Both the position numbers and the translations under genes were made by a program. The notes beneath the pieces were generated by a model. The model worked only from the letters and a program-made list of their open reading frames with translations, was not told the origin of the DNA and searched no databases. DNA of 64,000 nucleotides from the human T2T-CHM13v2.0 reference genome, Homo sapiens. The stretch is from the NCBI RefSeq assembly GCF_009914755.1, contig NC_060946.1, one strand, 5' to 3'. This document shows, piece after piece, positions 55,201-64,000 of the stretch. Numbering within the stretch: position 1 is the stretch's first letter; each line of letters starts with the position of its first letter.

Positions 55201-55371
55201 CACACTCTTGCCAGCAGAAGAGGCCCCTGTAATGGCCGATATCACCACCCAGTCTATCCTCACCCCACAGCTGTGCAGCGGGAACCCCCTGCTGGCCCAC
55301 GTGGCTGCCACAGCCCATGCTGGCACGACGCTCCAGCAGGTCGGCGTCCCTGCGGGCCAAACTACCGGTGA
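52243..55371 (+). CDS. CTD-like repeat protein, B/A recombinant (1042 aa), unit 8
   Basis: Intact ORF with a type B N-terminal half, including the extra monomer, and type A C-terminal residues (SPVRPSY, THVSSPN, THPSV, GSREG). Confidence 0.6.
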   Translation: MSAPKNGRVLSGSSYERSPSPDSPRSMRTSPSFPLSPLRNSGLRGSSSPGIRSYHSPSPRASPHSPLSSPESHKLPFPCPHRDGQSMKPLGSPVSSSEDSSESPRSSIIYHMFLLPSPSSSPQALGGSPVSPSYSPNNPRFQLQSAPHTQESPTNSRASLCSTPASFISSPQGLRDSPVAPSYSPAIPRFLRESAPCAQESPRDSQVSGDYERSPSPDSSRFMPASPSFSLSPPRNSDPRGSSSPGMWKSSTSSRRASPLSHPSSTEFHNFTFPIPNQAGQSLMSLCSPVTSSGDSSQSPHSSIIYHMFLLPSSSSSPPATHDSPVCPSYSPTTPRFQRESVPHTPETPTNSQTSVRSSPVSLTSSPPALTDPPVCPSYSPTTPTFQRGSVPGTQGSPPSPPLSLSYSPVSSTSLSPTLRDSPVCPSYSPNTPTLQRESVAGTQKSPPNSPISLRYSPVSLMSSPSLRDSPVCPSYSPTTPTFQLESVPGTPESPPNSPISLSYSSVSSTSLSPTLRDSPVCPSYSPTTPTLQRESVPGTQESPPNSPISLSYSSVSSTSLSPTLRDSPVCPSYSPTTPTLQRESVPGTQESPPNSPISLNYSPVSLVSSPALRDSPVCPSYSPTTPTFQLESVPGTPESPPNSPVSLSYSPVSLMSSPPALRDSPVRPSYSPTMPRFQRESVPGTHVSSPNSAVSLSYSPVSLMSSPPDPWDSPVCPSYSPTTPRFQRESASHTPESDTDSQTSLSSSLVSLRSLPSSHRDSCVSFSYSQNFSRFQLESVPGTHDTPPNSRISLTYSPVSLMFSPPALRDSSVSLSYSPTISRFHLESASHTLESPANSRTLLQPSPISFTSSPPAFRDSPGSPSFSPAFPRFLPQSAPGTQDNPRHSQASPDYLPMTCTYTGMAPTHPSVTPNPSQLTLRHSQGLTATPRYCPSVRSPGQSTSPHDAVTWPFLHGSREGPTPSRTRAPPAFRPHTQACPSTCYCHTLASRRGPCNGRYHHPVYPHPTAVQREPPAGPRGCHSPCWHDAPAGRRPCGPNYR

Positions 55372-58300
55372 CATGTCTAGCGTGACCCTCCTTCCTGGCA
55401 GTGACACTGTTGATGTGAACCCCAATTTCACATCTGTCATTTGTAAATAGGACCATTTTCCCTTTTCGCTCTCCCTTCCATTCACAGGGCTTTTCATTCT
55501 CTCTGTTACTGCCTCCGTTTCAGATATTTACTCACCTTTTTCTCTCTCACTATGTCTGCCGTGGGCTCCATGAGAGTGCGCCACATAAGATTCCCCCATT
55601 AAAAGTCATGAATTGAGTGGCTTTTAGTATACCTGTGGTTGTGCACATTCAAATTTAATTCGCAATTCATTGTAGAACGTCTTATCACTCCCGGCCAGAG
55701 AAAAACCCTGTAGACATTAGTCACTCCTCATTCTGTCTCAAACCCTCTCCCTGACCCTCAGCCCTAGGTAGCAACTACCTAGTGCGATCAATCCCATATG
55801 CATAGATTATCATATTGTGGACATTTCCTATAAGCGGAATTACACAATAGGTGAGCTGTTATGACTGACATAACACGTAGCACAATATTTTCAAGATTCG
55901 TCCACATTGTAGGCTTACCCACAGGGGGAAACCATTTTATTGGGGGCTTTTAGTAACACCGGTGTTTTCTCCTTCCTTACATCCTTCTTTCCATCCTTCC
56001 TTCCTTCCTTCCTTCCTTCCTTCCTTCCTTCCTGACTTCCTTCTTTCCTTCCCTCCTTCCTCCTATTTCTCTCTTACTCCTTCTGCCCTCTCTCTTTCCT
56101 ATGCCTTAGGTGCATCCCACATTCTGCGTTTTTTTGGGGGAAATCCTCGACAGGTGCAGGAAAATTGTGTTATTGTAACTATTTACCGTTATCTCTCTTT
56201 CACGGCTCTCCATCAGTTGTGAACATCTATTGGTTTATCCCAAGTCACTAAGCATATTTTCATTAGGTAAACCTGTTTTTCCTTATACAGCTGTTTCTGG
56301 AGTATAGGGTCGCATACTCATAAACCCAGTGTAACTCAGAAACGCATCTAATATTCCAGTAAACCCATCATAACGTTGAAAAATCGTAAATCAAACCATC
56401 ATAAGTCACGGTTTGTCCGTGGATATGGGCGTCATCAATTCCATTGTATTCAGTAATGCTGTACACCATTAACAATGGCAGACTGATTGGGAGTGGATAT
56501 TGATAGCATTATAAAAGTCAGTTATTAGAGGGATACTTCTTTAACCTGACTGAAGAACTGATCTAATGGCTTTAGTACAGTGCATGATTATGTGCGATGT
56601 TTTGAGACAGAGTAGTACATTTGTGAATGAAATTTTATGGCTTTTTTTTCACTTAGTAGGAACCATTGTGTGTGGAAAAGTGAGAAAATGGCTTTATGCT
56701 GTAGGGTCTGGCATTCATTGTAGATGTAAGCTTATTTATCTGTGAGCAAATCTTATTCAATAAAATACTACTCTTTATACTAAAAAACAAAAACAGTGGT
56801 GATGTGTGGTCATTACCCTCAGCAAACTTATCCAGGGAAAAGAAAACCAAACGCCACAACTCACTTATAATGGGAGCTGAAAAATGAGATCCCATGGACA
56901 CAGGAAGGGGAACAACACACACTGGGGCCTTCCGGGAGACAGAGCGTTAAGAAAAACAGCTACTGCATGCTGGGCCTAATACCTAGGTGATGGGTTGACA
57001 GGTGCAGCAAACCACCATGGCACACGTTAACCTTAGTAACAAATCTGCACATCCTGCACATATACCCCAGAACTTAGGAACGAAACGAAACAAAAGACAA
57101 CGAAAAAGCAACAGCAAAACGCTAAAGGCAAAATAGAGTTTCAAACTGAGAAAGTGACAGACCAACGTCTGGTTCAAATCATGGTTCTCAACCCAGGTGC
57201 CATAAGGTCGGGATAAAGGATGTGGTTACATATTTTCAATAAGACATGCAGCAAATGACCAGAATGATTATTCTCAACATATGTGTGTCTTCTAATTCAA
57301 TGGTGACGCTATCTACCGGGACATAGCATTAGATTCCAAAGGGCCGAGTCCCGCCAGACAGGCCTCCCACACTAATAACAATGGGAAGCCCTACGTTGCT
57401 TTACCTGTGCTTCTCAGCCACTGGCTATAAATCAGGTTGCCACCACTCCCAGATTTAGTTGCATTCATTTGCTGGAAGAGCTCACAGCACGCAGGGAAAC
57501 ACTTACATTTGCCGTTGTATTTTAGCGGACATTGCACAAAGTTCAGAAAAAAATGTGGGGCCCGGCATGTGGGGAGGGGCGCACTACCTTCCAGGAAGTG
57601 CTATCCAGAAGCTCTCTGAACCCAGTCCTTTTGGGTTTTGATGGAGACCTCATTCTATAGGCATGATGGGTTAAACCATAGGCTATTGGTGATCAACTCC
57701 ACCTGGGGCTCTCCACCCTCCCTGGAAATTGGGGTTGAGGCTTTGCCATCCTCAGTCTGACTAAAAGAATTTACCCAAACGGAATTTTAAAACAGATGAG
57801 CATAACTGGAATCTTAATTAGATGATTGGATTATCTGGAGCCACACCTTGATATTCCTAACCCGAGCACCCTCATCCAACGAATGCTCCACCCAACTGGC
57901 TCCCAAGTCTCTACGTGGTTCCAGAGCAAAAGGATGTTGATACAACGCATATCTCCACCTTTTCTTCAAAGTCTTTTCGCTTACACGGAAAGACTTCTTC
58001 AACTGCCATGCATCAGGGTCAGGGGGAGGTCTTGTTACAACCCAGATCTGCGGATCTCCGGCGTTTGACTGTGGCAAGGATGCTGCTGGTGTCAAAACCA
58101 CAACGTGGGAACCACAGAACCACTAGTGGGTTTTCAGTGTTTCAGTGCATACAATTCCTAATATATCTGGCCAAGAAAACTTGTAAGTTCTTAGATTGTC
58201 CCAAAGGTGGCGCATGAAATCAAAGCAGGAGAACAGTTTCCTACGAGGTGTAGCCTGGGAAAGTTGGGGGTGACTGATGGAAAGGAGGAGTGAAGCTCCG

Positions 58301-58689
58301 CCCTTTCCGCTGCTAGGCTGCGCCCGAGGCTATTTAAACCCACCCTGGCTGGCCTGTACTCAGATCTTCGCGGAGCGGATCAGCGGCCGGAGCGTTTGGT
58401 GGACTCTGCGTGGACTTGGAGCTCACAGCGTCTTGCGACTTGGAAGCGGATTCAGAGGACAGGACAGAACACTTGGGCAAGTGAATCTCTGTCTGTCTGT
58501 CTGTCTGTCTGTCTCATTGGTTGGTTGATTTCCATTTTCTTAAGGGGCACATACCTCACACCGCACACACACAAACACACACACGCACACACACACGCAC
58601 ACGCACACGCACACACACGCACACACACTCCTTCCTTCTGCGAGTTAGAACATTAGTAGGGGCCCCTGGGAGCTGCAGGTTTCCTAATC

Positions 58690-61600
58690 ATGTCTGCACC
58701 TAAGAACGGTAGGGTCTTGTCTGGCTCTTCTTATGAACGGTCCCCCAGCCCGGACTCCCCAAGGTCCATGCGAACCTCACCCAGCTTCCCCCTCTCCCCT
58801 CTCAGAAACTCAGGCTTAAGGGGAAGCTCCTCACCAGGGATCCGGAGCTACCATTCACCATCCCCTAGGGCTTCACCACACTCACCTCTGTCATCACCAG
58901 AATCCCACAAGCTCCCATTTCCCTGTCCTCACCGTGATGGGCAATCAATGAAGCCATTGGGCTCTCCCGTGTCCTCCTCTGAGGATTCCTCAGAGTCCCC
59001 ACGTTCATCAATAATATACCACATGTTCTTACTGCCATCACCCAGCAGCTCACCCCAGGCTCTCGGGGGGTCTCCCGTGTCTCCCAGCTACTCTCCAAAC
59101 AACCCCAGATTTCAGCTGCAGTCAGCCCCCCACACCCAGGAATCACCTACAAACTCACGAGCCTCACTTTGCTCCACCCCTGCGTCTTTCATCTCTTCAC
59201 CCCAAGGCCTCAGGGACTCTCCTGTGGCTCCCAGTTACTCTCCAGCCATCCCCAGGTTCCTGCGGGAGTCAGCCCCATGCGCCCAGGAGTCCCCCAGAGA
59301 CTCACAGGTCTCGGGAGATTATGAGCGGTCCCCCAGCCCTGACTCCTCAAGATTCATGCCTGCCTCACCCAGCTTCTCCCTCTCCCCTCCCAGAAACTCA
59401 GACCCAAGGGGCAGCTCCTCACCAGGGATGTGGAAGTCCTCTACATCATCCCGCAGGGCTTCACCACTCTCACATCCGTCATCAACAGAATTCCACAACT
59501 TTACGTTTCCCATTCCTAACCAAGCAGGACAGTCACTCATGTCATTGTGTTCTCCCGTGACCTCCTCTGGAGATTCTTCACAGTCACCTCATTCATCAAT
59601 AATATACCATATGTTCTTACTGCCATCATCCAGCAGCTCACCCCCAGCCACCCATGACTCTCCTGTCTGTCCCAGCTACTCTCCAACTACGCCCAGATTT
59701 CAGCGGGAGTCTGTACCCCACACCCCAGAAACACCTACAAACTCACAGACCTCAGTGAGATCCTCGCCAGTCTCTCTCACGTCTTCACCCCCAGCCCTTA
59801 CGGACCCTCCAGTCTGTCCCAGCTACTCTCCAACCACGCCCACATTTCAGCGCGGGTCAGTTCCAGGAACCCAGGGATCACCACCAAGCCCACCGCTTTC
59901 ACTGAGTTACTCCCCAGTCTCTAGCACGTCTTTATCTCCAACCCTCAGGGACTCGCCTGTCTGTCCCAGCTACTCTCCAAACACGCCCACACTTCAGCGG
60001 GAGTCCGTTGCAGGCACCCAGAAGTCACCACCAAACTCACCAATTTCACTGCGTTACTCCCCAGTCTCTCTCATGTCTTCACCATCCCTCAGGGACTCTC
60101 CCGTCTGTCCCAGCTACTCTCCAACCACGCCCACATTTCAGCTGGAGTCAGTTCCAGGCGCCCCGGAATCACCACCAAACTCACCAATTTCACTCAGTTA
60201 CTCCTCAGTCTCTAGCACGTCTCTATCTCCAACCCTCAGGGACTCTCCTGTGTGTCCCAGCTACTCTCCAACCACGCCCACACTTCAGCGGGAGTCAGTT
60301 CCAGGCACCCAGGAATCACCACCAAACTCACCAATTTCACTCAGTTACTCCTCAGTCTCTAGCACGTCTTTATCTCCAACCCTCAGGGACTCTCCTGTGT
60401 GTCCCAGCTACTCTCCAACCACGCCCACACTTCAGCGGGAGTCAGTTCCAGGCACCCAGGAATCACCACCAAACTCACCAATTTCACTCAATTACTCTCC
60501 AGTCTCTCTCGTGTCTTCACCAGCCCTCAGGGACTCTCCTGTCTGTCCCAGCTACTCTCCAACCACGCCCACATTTCAGCTGGAGTCAGTTCCAGGCACC
60601 CCGGAGTCACCACCAAACTCACCAGTTTCACTCAGTTACTCCCCGGTCTCTCTCATGTCTTCACCCCCAGCCCTCAGGGACTCTCCTGTGCGTCCCAGCT
60701 ACTCTCCAACCATGCCCAGATTTCAGCGGGAGTCAGTTCCAGGCACCCATGTGTCATCACCAAACTCAGCAGTTTCACTGAGTTACTCCCCAGTCTCTCT
60801 CATGTCTTCACCCCCAGACCCCTGGGACTCTCCTGTCTGTCCCAGCTACTCTCCCACCACGCCCAGATTTCAGCGGGAGTCAGCCTCCCACACTCCGGAA
60901 TCAGATACAGACTCACAGACTTCACTGAGCTCCTCCCTGGTCTCTCTCAGGTCTTTGCCCTCATCCCACAGGGACTCTTGTGTCTCTTTCAGCTACTCTC
61001 AAAACTTCTCTAGATTCCAGCTGGAGTCAGTTCCAGGCACCCACGATACACCACCGAACTCACGAATTTCACTGACTTACTCCCCTGTCTCCCTCATGTT
61101 CTCACCCCCAGCCCTCAGGGACTCTTCTGTCTCTCTCAGCTACTCTCCAACCATCTCCAGATTTCACCTGGAGTCAGCTTCCCACACCCTGGAATCACCT
61201 GCAAACTCACGGACCTTACTGCAACCATCCCCCATTTCTTTCACCTCTTCACCCCCTGCCTTCAGGGACTCTCCTGGGTCTCCCAGCTTCTCTCCAGCCT
61301 TCCCCAGATTTCTGCCACAGTCAGCCCCAGGCACCCAGGACAACCCTAGACACTCACAGGCCTCACCAGACTATCTCCCTATGACCTGTACCTATACAGG
61401 GATGGCTCCCACGCATCCCTCAGTGACCCCAAACCCATCTCAACTTACACTCAGGCACTCCCAGGGCCTGACAGCTACACCCCGTTATTGTCCTTCAGTT
61501 CGAAGCCCTGGCCAATCTACTAGCCCACATGACGCAGTTACCTGGCCATTTCTCCACGGTTCCCGGGAGGGCCCCACACCCAGCCGCACAAGAGCCCCTC

Positions 61601-61818
61601 CTGCATTCCGTCCTCACACGCAGGCCTGTCCATCTACTTGCTACTGTCACACTCTTGCCAGCAGAAGAGGCCCCTGTAATGGCCGATATCACCACCCAGT
61701 CTATCCTCACCCCACAGCTGTGCAGCGGGAACCCCCTGCTGGCCCACGTGGCTGCCACAGCCCATGCTGGCACGACGCTCCAGCAGGTCGGCGTCCCTGC
61801 GGGCCAAACTACCGGTGA
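58690..61818 (+). CDS. CTD-like repeat protein, B/A recombinant (1042 aa), unit 9
   Basis: Same hybrid structure as unit 8, plus a private PGAPES variant. Confidence 0.6.
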   Translation: MSAPKNGRVLSGSSYERSPSPDSPRSMRTSPSFPLSPLRNSGLRGSSSPGIRSYHSPSPRASPHSPLSSPESHKLPFPCPHRDGQSMKPLGSPVSSSEDSSESPRSSIIYHMFLLPSPSSSPQALGGSPVSPSYSPNNPRFQLQSAPHTQESPTNSRASLCSTPASFISSPQGLRDSPVAPSYSPAIPRFLRESAPCAQESPRDSQVSGDYERSPSPDSSRFMPASPSFSLSPPRNSDPRGSSSPGMWKSSTSSRRASPLSHPSSTEFHNFTFPIPNQAGQSLMSLCSPVTSSGDSSQSPHSSIIYHMFLLPSSSSSPPATHDSPVCPSYSPTTPRFQRESVPHTPETPTNSQTSVRSSPVSLTSSPPALTDPPVCPSYSPTTPTFQRGSVPGTQGSPPSPPLSLSYSPVSSTSLSPTLRDSPVCPSYSPNTPTLQRESVAGTQKSPPNSPISLRYSPVSLMSSPSLRDSPVCPSYSPTTPTFQLESVPGAPESPPNSPISLSYSSVSSTSLSPTLRDSPVCPSYSPTTPTLQRESVPGTQESPPNSPISLSYSSVSSTSLSPTLRDSPVCPSYSPTTPTLQRESVPGTQESPPNSPISLNYSPVSLVSSPALRDSPVCPSYSPTTPTFQLESVPGTPESPPNSPVSLSYSPVSLMSSPPALRDSPVRPSYSPTMPRFQRESVPGTHVSSPNSAVSLSYSPVSLMSSPPDPWDSPVCPSYSPTTPRFQRESASHTPESDTDSQTSLSSSLVSLRSLPSSHRDSCVSFSYSQNFSRFQLESVPGTHDTPPNSRISLTYSPVSLMFSPPALRDSSVSLSYSPTISRFHLESASHTLESPANSRTLLQPSPISFTSSPPAFRDSPGSPSFSPAFPRFLPQSAPGTQDNPRHSQASPDYLPMTCTYTGMAPTHPSVTPNPSQLTLRHSQGLTATPRYCPSVRSPGQSTSPHDAVTWPFLHGSREGPTPSRTRAPPAFRPHTQACPSTCYCHTLASRRGPCNGRYHHPVYPHPTAVQREPPAGPRGCHSPCWHDAPAGRRPCGPNYR

Positions 61819-64000
61819 CATGTCTAGCGTGACCCTCCTTCCTGGCAGTGACACTGTTGATGTGAACCCCAATTTCACATCTGTCATTTGTAAATAGGAC
61901 CATTTTCCCTTTTCGCTCTCCCTTCCATTCACAGGGCTTTTCATTCTCTCTGTTACTGCCTCCGTTTCAGATATTTACTCACCTTTTTCTCTCTCACTAT
62001 GTCTGCCGTGGTCTCCATGAGAGTGCGCCACATAAGATTCCCCCATTAAAAGTCATGAATTGAGTGGCTTTTAGTATACCTGTGGTTGTGCACATTCAAA
62101 TTTAATTCGCAATTCATTGTAGAACGTCTTATCACTCCCGGCCAGAGAAAAACCCTGTAGACATTAGTCACTCCTCATTCTGTCTCAAACCCTCTCCCTG
62201 ACCCTCAGCCCTAGGTAGCAACTACCTAGTGCGATCAATCCCATATGCATAGATTATCATATTGTGGACATTTCCTATAAGCGGAATTACACAATAGGTG
62301 AGCTGTTATGACTGACATAACACGTAGCACAATATTTTCAAGATTCGTCCACATTGTAGGCTTACCCACAGGGGGAAACCATTTTATTGGGGGCTTTTAG
62401 TAACACCGGTGTTTTCTCCTTCCTTACATCCTTCTTTCCATCCTTCCTTCCTTCCTTCCTTCCTGACTTCCTTCTTTCCTTCCCTCCTTCCTCCTATTTC
62501 TCTCTTACTCCTTCTGCCCTCTCTCTTTCCTATGCCTTAGGTGCATCCCACATTCTGCGTTTTTTTGGGGGAAATCCTCGACAGGTGCAGGAAAATTGTG
62601 TTATTGTAACTATTTACCGTTATCTCTCTTTCACGGCTCTCCATCAGTTGTGAACATCTATTGGTTTATCCCAAGTCACTAAGCATATTTTCATTAGGTA
62701 AACCTGTTTTTCCTTATACAGCTGTTTCTGGAGTATAGGGTCGCATACTCATAAACCCAGTGTAACTCAGAAACGCATCTAATATTCCAGTAAACCCATC
62801 ATAACGTTGAAAAATCGTAAATCAAACCATCATAAGTCACGGTTTGTCCGTGGATATGGGCGTCATCAATTCCATTGTATTCAGTAATGCTGTACACCAT
62901 TAACAATGGCAGACTGATTGGGAGTGGATATTGATAGCATTATAAAAGTCAGTTATTAGAGGGATACTTCTTTAACCTGACTGAAGAACTGATCTAATGG
63001 CTTTAGTACAGTGCATGATTATGTGCGATGTTTTGAGACAGAGTAGTACATTTGTGAATGAAATTTTATGGCTTTTTTTTCACTTAGTAGGAACCATTGT
63101 GTGTGGAAAAGTGAGAAAATGGCTTTATGCTGTAGGGTCTGGCATTCATTGTAGATGTAAGCTTATTTTTCTGTGAGCAAATCTTATTCAATAAAATACT
63201 ACTCTTTATACTAAAAAACAAAAACAGTGGTGATGTGTGGTCATTACCCTCAGCAAACTTATCCAGGGAAAAGAAAACCAAACGCCACAACTCACTTATA
63301 ATGGGAGCTGAAAAATGAGATCCCATGGACACAGGAAGGGGAACAACACACACTGGGGCCTTCCGGGAGACAGAGCGTTAAGAAAAACAGCTACTGCATG
63401 CTGGGCCTAATACCTAGGTGATGGGTTGACAGGTGCAGCAAACCACCATGGCACACGTTAACCTTAGTAACAAATCTGCACATCCTGCACATATACCCCA
63501 GAACTTAGGAACGAAACGAAACAAAAGACAACGAAAAAGCAACAGCAAAACGCTAAAGGCAAAATAGAGTTTCAAACTGAGAAAGTGACAGACCAACGTC
63601 TGGTTCAAATCATGGTTCTCAACCCAGGTGCCATAAGGTCGGGATAAAGGATGTGGTTACATATTTTCAATAAGACATGCAGCAAATGACCAGAATGATT
63701 ATTCTCAACATATGTGTGTCTTCTAATTCAATGGTGACGCTATCTACCGGGACATAGCATTAGATTCCAAAGGGCCGAGTCCCGCCAGACAGGCCTCCCA
63801 CACTAATAACAATGGGAAGCCCTACGTTGCTTTACCTGTGCTTCTCAGCCACTGGCTATAAATCAGGTTGCCACCACTCCCAGATTTAGTTGCATTCATT
63901 TGCTGGAAGAGCTCACAGCACGCAGGGAAACACTTACATTTGCCGTTGTATTTTAGCGGACATTGCACAAAGTTCAGAAAAAAATGTGGGGCCCGGCATG

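Larger units (their letters stand above)
4804..64000 (+). repeat. Tandem macrosatellite array, ~6.3-6.45 kb unit (ACRO1-satellite composite repeat)
   Basis: Unit starts (tcactcccg..cagagaaaaaccctgtagac) at 4804, 11095, 17542, 23816, 30247, 36529, 42972, 49254, 55685 and 62132. Unit lengths are 6291, 6447, 6274, 6431, 6282, 6443, 6282, 6431 and 6447 bp, and the array runs off the window end. Units are near-identical. The 147-bp satellite plus L1/MER21 content agrees with the ACRO composite described in the T2T human repeat annotation (recalled, not searched). Confidence 0.9.

Noticed and set aside
4804-64000. Array as a pure assembly artefact, or as rDNA/D4Z4
   Set aside because: Units carry distinct, patterned SNVs and microsatellite lengths, which argues against duplicated identical sequence. 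There is no rRNA sequence and no homeodomain ORF, and the unit size differs from D4Z4 (3.3 kb).

Overview
Primate (human or great-ape-like) genomic DNA. Bases 1-~4800 are an ordinary patchwork of old interspersed repeats (L1 fragments, Alu pieces, an AluY with target-site duplication, an MST-type MaLR LTR). From ~4804 to the window end lies a head-to-tail macrosatellite of ~6.27-6.45 kb units (9 complete plus 1 partial). Each unit holds L1, MER47-like and MER21 fragments and a 147-bp satellite block. This matches what I recall as the ACRO1-satellite composite repeat of human acrocentric short arms; that identification is from memory, not from a search. Every complete unit carries an intact 993- or 1042-codon single-exon ORF running through the satellite. 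The 147-bp monomer translates as 49 aa = 7 heptads in the register of the RNA polymerase II CTD (YSPTSPS-like, e.g. DSPVCPS-YSPTTPT). Each ORF sits in a plausible Pol II gene: a GC box, TATTTAAA at -31 to an Inr, no upstream ATG, a downstream ATTAAA, and a perfect DUX4-type site ~530 bp upstream of the predicted TSS. Units alternate A/B with a tetramer-level pattern, then switch to B/A recombinant units. Working hypothesis (inference): a tandemly amplified, possibly DUX4/early-embryo-inducible gene family encoding a free Pol II CTD-like disordered protein, hidden inside a 'satellite'.
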